Shown piece after piece: positions 1 through 9,900 of a stretch of DNA of 64,000 nucleotides (within the stretch, counting starts at the first letter, position 1; every line of letters starts with the position of its first letter). Below the pieces are notes generated by a model. It ran no database searches. It had not been told where the DNA came from and was given only the letters and a program-made list of their open reading frames with translations. The position numbers and the translations under genes are program-made. This DNA is from Vicinamibacteria bacterium (GTDB taxonomy: Bacteria > Acidobacteriota > Vicinamibacteria > Vicinamibacterales > JAENWD01): the NCBI GenBank assembly GCA_963832135.1, contig CAWHTD010000012.1, positions 76,902-140,901 on the forward strand. The letters run 5' to 3'.

Positions 1-1008
1 GAGCACCTGCTGGCTCGACGCTACGACCTGCTGCTGATGGATCTGAACTATGCGCGCGATACGACATCGGGGCGGGAAGGCCTGGATCTGCTGGCTGAAG
101 TGCTCGGGCGAGATCCCCTGCTTCCCGTCATCGTCATGACTGGATGGGGAACGATCGAAACGGCTGTCGAGGCCATGCGACGAGGCGCACGCACGTTCGT
201 CCACAAGCCGTGGGACAACGATGAGCTCGTGCGCACCGTTCGGCGTGAAGTCGACGAGGGATCCGTGCGTCGCCGGACCGGCGCGATCGCAGCACGAGAG
301 CGGGAAGACGCACGGCTGATCCAGCGTGCGCTGCTGCCGTCGACGATGCCGGCAATCCCCGGCTGTGAGATCGCCGCACTCTGGGAGCCCGCGTCGGACT
401 TCGGTGGTGACTGCTACGACGTGCTCCGGCTCGGAGGCGGCCGCGTAGGCGTCTCAATCGCTGACGTCACCGGAAAGGGTCTTCCGGCGGCGTTTCTGAT
501 GTCCAACCTGCAGGCCTCGGTTCGCGCCTTTGCCGCGCAGCAGTCGAGTCCGCGCTACGTCGCGGAAGGCATCAACCGGGCGCTGTCCGGGAATCCCGCG
601 CTTCGGACGTTCGCGACCTTTTTCTACGCAGTCATCGACACTGTCACATGGACGCTGACCTACAGCAACGCCGGGCACAATCCTCCGATTCTGGCTCGAG
701 CGGACGGATCGGTGGAGCGCCTCTCGATCGGCGGGCTCGTGCTTGGTGTGAAAGCGAACGCTCTCTACGAACAGGGGGAGACGCGCATCGTTGCCGGTGA
801 TCGGATCGTGCTGTTCACGGACGGGTTCAATGAGGCGGAAAACGCCGCCGGTATCGATTTCGGAGACCACCAACTCGTTGAAACCGTCGTGTTGCATCGC
901 GGCCTGCCTGCTGCCGCATTGCTCGAGCAGGTATTTGCGCGGGTTCGCGAGTTTACAGGCGGTTGTTTCACGGACGATGCAACGCTCATCACGATTGCTA
1001 TTCGCTAG
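1..1008 (+). CDS. Response-regulator receiver domain fused to a PP2C/SpoIIE-type phosphatase (5' end cut by the window edge)
   Basis: Frame 1 is open from nt 1 (EHLLARRYDLLLMDLNY...), so the receiver 'DLLLMD' strand precedes the listed Met at 37. 'VHKPW' is receiver-like. The C-terminal half has SpoIIE/PP2C-like motifs (DFGGDCYD, ADVTGKG, LFTDG, TDDATLI). Confidence 0.85.
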   Translation, partial: EHLLARRYDLLLMDLNYARDTTSGREGLDLLAEVLGRDPLLPVIVMTGWGTIETAVEAMRRGARTFVHKPWDNDELVRTVRREVDEGSVRRRTGAIAAREREDARLIQRALLPSTMPAIPGCEIAALWEPASDFGGDCYDVLRLGGGRVGVSIADVTGKGLPAAFLMSNLQASVRAFAAQQSSPRYVAEGINRALSGNPALRTFATFFYAVIDTVTWTLTYSNAGHNPPILARADGSVERLSIGGLVLGVKANALYEQGETRIVAGDRIVLFTDGFNEAENAAGIDFGDHQLVETVVLHRGLPAAALLEQVFARVREFTGGCFTDDATLITIAIR

Positions 1009-1069
1009 CACGCTGGCGGCCGGCCACTTCGTGCGCGGGAAGCGACGAACTGGAGCGGAGAGCCATACA

Positions 1070-2098
1070 ATGGCGCGCATGACAGACTTTGCGATCCGTC
1101 GTCGCGATTTGCTGGCCCTCGGCGCGGCTCCGTGGCTGGTGAGTGGCCAAGCCGATGGCGTCAACGCGCCGCGCAGCGTCAGCGGACAATCAGGGCCGCC
1201 GGCTGACCGTCGTCGGGAGCTTTACGCGCTGCTCGGCAAGCTCCCGGAGCGGCATCGTCCCATCAACGCGGAGAAACTCGCAGAAGCCGAGCGGGACGGC
1301 TATGTCCTCGAGAGCTGGCGGTTCGACCTGAACGGCCTGGAGCCCGTGCCGGCGATCGTCGCCCGGCCGCGCAACGCCACGGGCAAGATGCCCGCCGTGC
1401 TGTTCAACCACTCGCACGGGGGCGGCTACACGATCGGCAAGAAAGAGTTCATCGAAGGTCGCAGCTACCTGCAGCCGGAGCCGTACGCCAAGACGCTGAC
1501 GGATCTCGGGTACGTGGCGATGGCCATCGACGCGTGGGTCTTCGGCGAACGGAGCCACGCAACGGAAGAGGACACGTTCAAGGCAATGCTCTGGGAGGGC
1601 CGGGTCCTCTGGGGAATGATGGTCTACGACAGCCTCCGGGCGCTCGATTGGCTGGTCACGAGGCCCGATGTCGATCCGACACGGGTCGCCACCCTGGGCA
1701 TGTCGATGGGCAGCACCGCCGCGTGGTGGATCGCCGCGCTCGACGAGCGGATCAAGGTCACGGTGGACATTAACTGCCTCACCGATTTCCAGGCGCTCAT
1801 CGATCACCATGGCCTCAAGCTGCACGGCATCTACTACTACGTTCCCGACCTGCTGACCCACTTCACCACGTCGCAGATCAACGCGCTCATCGCGCCGCGG
1901 CCGCACCTGGGCCTCGCAGGACTACGCGACGCGCTCACGCCGCTCGATGGACTCGACCGCGTCGATCGCCACCTGCAGCAGGTCTATGCGTCGATGGGCC
2001 ATGCCGACCGATGGCAATTACTCCGGTACGACGTCGAACACCAGGAAACCGCGGAAGGGCGTCAGGCGATCGTTGCCTTCCTGAAGCGTTGGCTCTGA
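1070..2098 (+). CDS. Alpha/beta hydrolase (dienelactone hydrolase / acetyl-xylan-esterase-like) with a Tat-like signal
   Basis: The likely start is the ATG at 1070 (MARMTDFAIRRRDLLALGAAPWLVSG, twin-Arg signal); the listed start at 791 overlaps the upstream gene. It has a nucleophile elbow GMSMGS and an HSHGGG oxyanion-like segment. Confidence 0.75.
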   Translation: MARMTDFAIRRRDLLALGAAPWLVSGQADGVNAPRSVSGQSGPPADRRRELYALLGKLPERHRPINAEKLAEAERDGYVLESWRFDLNGLEPVPAIVARPRNATGKMPAVLFNHSHGGGYTIGKKEFIEGRSYLQPEPYAKTLTDLGYVAMAIDAWVFGERSHATEEDTFKAMLWEGRVLWGMMVYDSLRALDWLVTRPDVDPTRVATLGMSMGSTAAWWIAALDERIKVTVDINCLTDFQALIDHHGLKLHGIYYYVPDLLTHFTTSQINALIAPRPHLGLAGLRDALTPLDGLDRVDRHLQQVYASMGHADRWQLLRYDVEHQETAEGRQAIVAFLKRWL

Positions 2099-2130
2099 CT
2101 CCGATCCGCCTCTTCTCCGCTTCGTGGGCG

Positions 2131-2667
2131 ATGACGAGGAGAACTATGAAAGCAGCAGCTGGTGTGCTTATCGTGGCGCTGACAGCGGCCGACGGTGCCT
2201 CGGCGCAGTCGACCGCTCGTGCGGAAGATAACCTGAAATTGAAGAACATCACACTGCCGGCGGCGCCGGCGCCAGTGGCAAACTACGTCACATCGGTGCG
2301 TGTCGGCAACCTGCTCTTTCTCTCGGGACACGGCCCGAGTTCGAACACGCCAGCTGGAAAGGTCGGAAAGGATCTATCCATCGAGCAGGGATATCAGGCC
2401 GCACGCGCGACCGGACTGAATCTTCTCGCAACGGCGCGCGCGGCGCTCGGCAGCCTCGATAGGGTCAAGCGTGTCGTGAAGGTGCTCGGAATGGTGAACT
2501 CGGCGTCTGGGTTCACGGATCAGCCGAAGGTCCTCAACGGTTTTTCTGATCTGATCGTCGAGGTGTTCGGCGAATCGATCGGTAAGCACGCGCGGTCGGC
2601 CGTCGGCATGGCGGAGCTGCCGAACAACATCCCCGTCGAGATTGAAATGATCCTTGAAGTCGAATAG
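2131..2667 (+). CDS. RidA/YjgF/L-PSP family protein with an N-terminal signal peptide
   Basis: The ATG at 2131 gives MTRRTMKAAAGVLIVALTAADGASAQ (signal-like). The body (LFLSGHGP..., ARSAVGMAELPNNIPVEIEMILEV) is typical of the RidA fold. Confidence 0.8.
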   Translation: MTRRTMKAAAGVLIVALTAADGASAQSTARAEDNLKLKNITLPAAPAPVANYVTSVRVGNLLFLSGHGPSSNTPAGKVGKDLSIEQGYQAARATGLNLLATARAALGSLDRVKRVVKVLGMVNSASGFTDQPKVLNGFSDLIVEVFGESIGKHARSAVGMAELPNNIPVEIEMILEVE

Positions 2668-2747
2668 GGGACAGTCCGTGAAATCGAGCAAACCCTTTGC
2701 GAAGCGTGACTTCGTCGAACGCCGCAAACCCAAGGAGCGCGCCCAGC

Positions 2748-3377
2748 ATGACCAATGAACCAATTCCGCTCTCGTTGCGTTTCTCAGAGGCGCTTCGTGG
2801 CGCCGCCGATCTCCATGCCAAGCAAGTCCGCAAGGGCACGAAGATCCCGTACATCGCGCACCTGCTCGGCGTCGCCTCGATCGCCCTCCATCACGGCGCC
2901 GACGAAGACGAGGCAATCGCGGCGCTGCTGCACGACGCGATCGAAGACGCGCCCACGGAGCTTGGCGCCAACTGGGTCCCTAATTGGTTGCGCTTCCGGT
3001 TCGGAGAGCGCGTCCTGGACATCGTGAAAGGGTGCACGGACGTCGACGTCAAGCCCAAGCCGCCGTGGCGCGCGCGCAAGGAGGCCTATGTCGCCCGCGT
3101 ACGCCAGGAACCCGCGTCAGTGGTGCTGGTGTCGGCGGCCGACAAGCTCCACAACGCGGGAGGCATCCTCTCCGACTATCGCGAGCTGGGGGACGCATTA
3201 TGGCCTCGGTTCAACAAGGACGCCGGGAAGGCTGGGACCGTCGGGTACTACCGCGGACTGGTAACGGCCTACCGGGCAACGGGGCATCATCCACGACTCG
3301 TGCGGGAACTGGACGCGGCGGTCGGGCAGATCGAAAAGGAAACAGGGCATCCTGGCGTCTGGCCGCTTCCGCAATAG
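2748..3377 (+). CDS. HD-domain protein, RelA/SpoT-type (p)ppGpp-hydrolase-like (small alarmone hydrolase-like)
   Basis: AHLLGVASIALHHGADEDEAIAALLHDAIEDA matches the HD metal-binding pattern of RelA/SpoT hydrolase domains. The ATG at 2748 is preferred over the listed start at 2697. Confidence 0.75.
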   Translation: MTNEPIPLSLRFSEALRGAADLHAKQVRKGTKIPYIAHLLGVASIALHHGADEDEAIAALLHDAIEDAPTELGANWVPNWLRFRFGERVLDIVKGCTDVDVKPKPPWRARKEAYVARVRQEPASVVLVSAADKLHNAGGILSDYRELGDALWPRFNKDAGKAGTVGYYRGLVTAYRATGHHPRLVRELDAAVGQIEKETGHPGVWPLPQ

Positions 3378-3976
3378 GTGGAACCTCATACGGCAGGACG
3401 CACGAACCGCCACTCCGTCCTCCTTTGGCCGATCGAATCTGTCGTGTGTCAACCGCCGGAGCGTGCTCGAAACGCGAGGTAGGCGAAGATGACGATGAGC
3501 GCCAAGAGAGCGAGTCGTGCCGCTCCCATCAGTCGGGTATGGGCGACGTGTCGCGTACCCTTCGGCTTGATACCGGTGATGGCAGCAAGGGCGGTGATGA
3601 GTACCTGCGAGGCCAAGCCACCCGAGCCAACTCATGACGAACGACAGCTTACACGCTGAGCCGACGCTGCGCGCCTTTTGGAAGAAAGAGACCGTCGGAG
3701 CTCGTGTAGCCCAGTACGCAGGTGTCAGCAGGCGACCGGAGTCCCGATGAGCGCAGGTTACGCGCTCGCGGGGGCGTGGCGTTCCCGGCCGCTTGACTGC
3801 AGACGATGAAAATTGGCGGGCACCGTGGCACGTGCGGATCGACGTGCCCCCAAATGTCATGCGTCAGGAGTCCTCCTCAGGACCTGCCGTCGATCGGTCC
3901 TGACCCGACGCAGACACTGACGTACTATCTGGGTCACCGGCAGTGTTGCCGGAGGTAAAACGACCAGGATCGTCGG

Positions 3977-6900
3977 ATGAGCAGTTCTGTTGCAGTTGAT
4001 GACATAACCGAGTCGCAGCCGGGCCGAAGCATAGAGTTGCTCGGTATTGAAAGGCTCGAAGAACATGCCAGGCGCCTCGCGGCGCTGTTCACCGTGGCAC
4101 GGCGGCCGCAGAATCGCGGGCGTACCCATCTGCGGCGTCTCAGCGGCAACATGCGCGCCCTGCGGACGACCTATCGCGCACTATCAGTCGATGCGAGCCG
4201 TGGCGAGCCGGCGTCGCCGGCAACGGAATGGCTACTCGATAACTTCCACGTCGCCACCGAGGCTGCGCGCGATATCGCCCGTGACTTGCCGCCGTCGTTC
4301 TTCAGGCGCCTACCAACCATCGTGGCGGATGAGTTCGAGGGCATGCCGCGCATTCATGCCTTAGCCCTTGAGCTGATTCGATCGAGCGCCGGCCACTTGG
4401 ACGCGCAACGTCTTTCGCGATTTATCGTGGCTTTTCAGTCGGTCAGTCCGCTGACGATTGGCGAGCTCTGGGCCTGGCCCAGCATGCTGAAGCTGGCTCT
4501 TCTCGAACACCTTCGTGGTCGAGGCGATGTCCTATCGGCCGCTCGAACCGAGCGCCAGCGCGCGGATCGCGTTGCCCGCGCCGTCGAATCCGCGCCTCAG
4601 GCGCCACCACGCGATTGGCCGGAACACGTTCATCCCGCCTTCGCAACGCGCTTACTTCAGCGCTGCCGGGAATATGGCGAGGCCGCATCGAGACTACGTC
4701 AGCAACTGTCCTCCGCGTTGGCGAGTGAAGGGCAGAGCATCGAAGACGCCATCCGGGAGGAGGGACAGCACCAGGCATCCGAGCACGCGTCGATTTCGAA
4801 TCTGATCGGGAGTCTCCGTCTGGTGTCGTCCTTCGACTGGAGTGAATTCTTCGAGAGCGTCAGTCTGGTCGAACAGATTCTTCACCGCGATCCCGCCGGT
4901 GTGTATGGCCAGATGGATTTTCGCAGCCGTGATCGCTATCGGCATGCTGTTGAAGAGTTGGCGGAGCCGACGGGTGAGGGACAGATTCGAGTCGCGCTGA
5001 AGGCTGTCGAGCGCGCGAGGCGTGTGGCGGAATCGACGGCCAAAGTGCGGGAGACGCACGTCGGTTACTACCTGATTGGCAACGGCCGCCGCCAGTTCGA
5101 GCGAAGCGTGGACTGGACTCCACTCCCTGCACAGCGCCTCAGGCGGTGGTTTTTTCGTTACGCGACGCCAGGCTATCTGGGCACGATTGGCGTCGGCACC
5201 GTGTTGCTCGTCCTGGTCGGTCTCCAGTATGCGTACGTGCATGGATGGCGGGGTGCGTCGCTCCTCGCGGTCGCGGCGTTAACGGTGGTTCCAGCCAGCG
5301 AGCTGGTCATTCAAATCATCCAGTACATCGTCAGTCGGCTGATCCCGCCCCGGCGGCTGCCGCGCCTCGAGCTCGACCTGGTGCCTGGCGATTGCCGCAC
5401 CATGGTCATCGTCCCCACGATTCTCGACAGTGCGACGCAGGCGCGCGAGCTGCTTGCGCACCTCGAGGTCCAGGCCCTTGGCAACGTGGACCCGCACATC
5501 CACTTCGCGTTGCTCGCCGATTTTCGAGATGCGGCCAGCGAGACATCGCCGCGCGACGCCGACATCCTGGCCGAGGCACGCGCCGGCATCAAGGCGTTGA
5601 ATGCGAAACACGCCGATGGCGGGAGCACCCGCTTTTTCCTCTTTCACCGTCAGCGCCAATGGAATGCGGGTGAGGCGGTGTGGATGGGGTGGGAGCGCAA
5701 GCGCGGGAAGATCGAGGAGTTCAACCGCCTGCTTCGCGGAGCGACCGATACCAGCTTTGTCGTGACCGAAGGCGACATGACCGTGCTGCAGCAGGTGCGC
5801 TACTGCATCACCCTCGACAGCGACACGCGCCTGCCCCGCGACGTGGCCCGGCAACTGATCGGCATCATCGCGCATCCACTTAACCGACCGATCTTCAACG
5901 CGAAGTTGGGTCGCGTCACCGAAGGGTACGGCATCCTCCAGCCACGGATCAGCGTCACGTTTGCGAGCGCAGCCGGATCGCTCTTCGCTCGACTGTATTC
6001 CGGCCATACGGGAGTCGACCCGTACACAACCGCGGTTTCCGACACCTACCAGGACCTCTTCGGCGAAGGCATTTTTACCGGCAAAGGCCTGTTCGACGTC
6101 GACTCGTTCAACGCGGCGCTGGCGGATTCAGTCCCCGAGAACGCCCTCCTGTCTCACGACCTGTTCGAAGGCCTCCACGTCAGGGCGGCGCTCGTCTCGG
6201 ATATCGAGCTCGTCGACGAATATCCGTCGAGTGTGCTCACGCATGCGCGCCGGCAATTTCGCTGGATTCGGGGTGATTGGCAGATTCTGTTTTGGCTCTT
6301 CCCCTTTGTGCCATCGCGGCGCGGATTGACGCGGAATACGCTGCCCCTCATCGCGCGCTGGAAGATCCTCGATAACCTGCGACGGAGCCTCCTCTTACCC
6401 GCGCTATTGGCGTTACTGGCAGCCGGCTGGACGGCGCTCCCGGGCGCTGACTGGGCATGGACGTCCGCGGTGATGGTCGTGCTGGCCTCGCAGCTGCTGC
6501 CGCTCGCCGCCAACCTCGTCACGGGACCAGGCCGCTCACAGTCAATACCGGTATTCCTGCGCAACCTGGCCCGTGACATCGCCGTCGCGATCATGCAGGT
6601 GGTTCTCAGCGTCACCTTTTTGGCGTTTCACGCGTTCGACGCATTGCACGCCATCAGCTTGACGTTGGTTCGGCTCATTGTGACCAGGCGGCGGCTGCTC
6701 CAATGGGAAACGGCGGCGACTACCGCCGCCAAAGCCGCAGGAATGGCCGGTCGCGGAGAGGTCTCCCGATTTTATGCGGCGATGATCGCCAGCCCCGTCA
6801 TTGCCGCTGGGCTTGCCGTCCTGTTCCTGTTCACGCGCACGGACGCGTGGGGCGCCGCGACACCTTTTCTGATTCTTTGGCTGTCCGCGCCGGTCATCGC

Positions 6901-9900
6901 GTATCGCCTCAGCGTGCCTGCAGGTGCACGTATGCGACCGCTCCGCTCCGCCGAGCGCGTGCGTCTTCGTCATACTGCGCGCAAGACGTGGCGGTATTTC
7001 GAGACGTTCGTCACGGCGGACGACGCCTGGCTGCCTCCTGACAACTATCAAGAAGACGACGGGGGCCGGGTCGCTCACCGCACGTCCCCGACCAATGTCG
7101 GGATGAGCCTGCTCTCGACGCTGGCAGCGCACGATCTTGGCTATCTCACGACGCCAACATTGCTCGAACGCCTCGACCGCACGTTGACAACGCTCGAGGG
7201 GTTGGAGCGTTATCGCGGGCACTTTTTCAATTGGTATGACACGAGAACCCTCGCGCCTCTGCATCCCCGGTATGTGTCCAGCGTCGACAGTGGAAACCTG
7301 GCGGCGTCCCTGATTGCGATTGCTGAGGGCCTTCGTCAGCTCGCAAGGCGTCCACAGACGACTGCGCAGCTCATCGCGGGCTTGCGCGACAATGCGAGCC
7401 TTCTGGCGATCGCATCGTCGGATCACGGAACGGAAGCTCCTGGAAGCTCCACTATCAGTCACATCGCCCGTTCGATCGCGACTGAAACGCAGGGCGAATT
7501 TGCCGATGCCGTCGCGCAGCGCCTGCGACTGCTCTCGACCGAGCTGTCAGCCGTTCCGACGTCTGACCCTGGCATCGGCTTCAATCCGGAAGGCGATGTC
7601 CAGTATTGGCGCGAGGCGGTGTTGCAAAGTATCGCTGCGCTCGACGCACCACGTCAGACCGACATCAACACGTGTGGAATGATTGCTGCGCGTGCCGCGG
7701 CGTTAGCCGATGACATGCGCTTTGAATTTCTTTACGACCGGCGCAAGCGGATCTTCGCGATCGGCTACCGGTTGGCCGATGCTGAGGGCCCAGGTCGGCA
7801 CGACGGCAGTTTCTACGATCTGCTGGCGTCAGAGGCCCGTCTCGTCAGCCTCGTGGCCATCTCCAAGGGCGACGTTCCACAGCATCATTGGTTTCACCTC
7901 GCCCGCCCGGTCACCAGCGTCCACGGCCGGGCGACCCTCGTCTCGTGGGGCGGGACGATGTTCGAGTACCTGATGCCGATGCTGCTTCTGCGCGCCTTCC
8001 CGGGCACGCTGCTCGATCAGAGCTGCCGAGCGAGTGTCGTTCGTCAAATCGATTACGGAAAACAGCGTGGCGTCCCCTGGGGCATCTCAGAATCGGCGTA
8101 TGCGTTCACCGACCGCGCCGGCAACTATCAATACCGTGCGTTCGGCGTACCCGGCCTCGGCTTGAAGCGTGGGTTGGCGGACGACCTGGTCGTCGCTCCC
8201 TACGCGACCGCCCTGGCCGCACAAGTAGATCCGGCGGCCGCGGCCGAAAACTTCATCCGGCTCGCCAAAGACGGGCTCGATGGCCGATTCGGTTTCTATG
8301 AAGCGCTCGACTACCGTCCGCGCAACCGCGATATCGATCAAGCACCCGACACCGCACCAGCGCCGGCAGTCGTCCGCGCGTTCTTCGCGCATCATCAGGG
8401 GATGTCGCTCGTCGCCCTCACGAACGTGATTTGCAACGATGCGTTCGTCGCCCGCTTTCATGCCGATCCACGAGTACAAGCGAGTGAACTGCTCCTGCAG
8501 GAGCGGGTACCGCGCGAGGCAATTCTGTCGGAGCCGCGGCCCGACGATGGCGCTGAGCGCGCTGCCACGGTGCCGTCCCCCTCGGTCTACGCGTCTCGGC
8601 GTTTCCGGTCGCCGCACACCGCGAGCCCCCACACACAGTTTCTCTCGAATGGCCGGTACACCTCAGCGTTAACGCATGCCGGGGGCGGCTACAGTGCCTG
8701 GGGCGGCCTGGCGATTACCCGGCAGCGCGAGGACCGAACCTCGGACGCGGGCTCCCACTTCATCTTCCTGCGCGATCCGTGGTCCGGGTACGTCTGGTCG
8801 CCCACCTATCAGCCCATCTGCCGCGAACCAGACCGCTATGACGTCACATTCGACCTCGACAAAGTCACCTTCGACGCGCGCAATGGTGATTTCGAAACGC
8901 ACCTTCAGATCAGCGTGTCGTCCGAAGATGACGTCGAAGTACGCCGGCTTTCGATCGTCAACCGCGGCGATCGCGCGCGCGAGATCGAAGTCACCAGTTA
9001 TGCGGAGATTGTCCTGGCGCCGCCTGCGGACGATTTCGCGCACCCGGCGTTCGGCAAGCTGTTCGTGGAGACCGCCATCGACACGCAGAGCGCTGGTCTC
9101 CTCTTCAGCCGACGACCACGCAGCACCGACGAACCGGCCGCCTGGGTCTTTCATGTCCTCGGGGTCGAGGGGCGCCTGGGGGGGGCCGTGGAATGGGAGA
9201 CGGATCGCGCCCGTTTCATCGGCCGCGGACGGTCGCCGGCGAATGCGCTGGCGTTGGATGGCCGTGCGTTGTCCAGTACAACGGGTGCGGTCCTCGATCC
9301 GATCGCGGCGCTGCGAGATAGGGTACGGCTGGCGCCTGGCGCGGTCGCGCGCGTGACCTTCGCCACGGGCGTTGCAACCGAACGAGATGCGGCGCTCACG
9401 TTGGCTCGCAAATACCGCGATGGCCATGTCGCCTCACGTGCGTTCTCGATGGCATTCACCCACGTGCACACAGCGCTGCAGCATCTCGGATTGACCGACG
9501 ACCAGGCGATTCTGTTCGACCGCCTGGCATCGCGGCTGTTTGCGGCCGATGTCTCCTGCATCAGCCCGGTGGACGTGGCGCACAACGCGCTGGGTCAATC
9601 CGACCTGTGGGGATACGGTATTTCGGGCGATCTCCCGATCGCCCTGGTCAGGGTCACCGAGGCGGACGGCTTGTCGTTGGTTCGGCAGCTCTTGCTGGCG
9701 CAGGAGTACTGGCGGGTCAAGGGGCTGCGCTCGGATGTGGTCGTCCTCAACGAGCATCCGGCCGAGTACCTGGACGAAACCCAGAATGCCCTCACGGCCC
9801 TTTTGCAGGAGGCACGATGGGCGAGCTGGAACAACCGTTCGGGAGGTATGTACCTCCTGCGCGCGGATGGCATGAGCGACGCCGATCGTCGACTGCTCGC

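Noticed and set aside
3198-3860. A 220-aa minus-strand ORF and other short ORFs in the 600-nt spacer upstream of the glucan synthase. One alternative frame encodes a possible about 55-aa hydrophobic peptide (…LASQVLITALAAITGIKPKG…LALLALIVIFAYLAFRARSGG).
   Set aside because: The 220-aa translation is Arg/His/Cys-rich junk. The small hydrophobic ORF has no clear ATG/SD and is too short to support. The region is left unannotated, possibly as a 5' leader.
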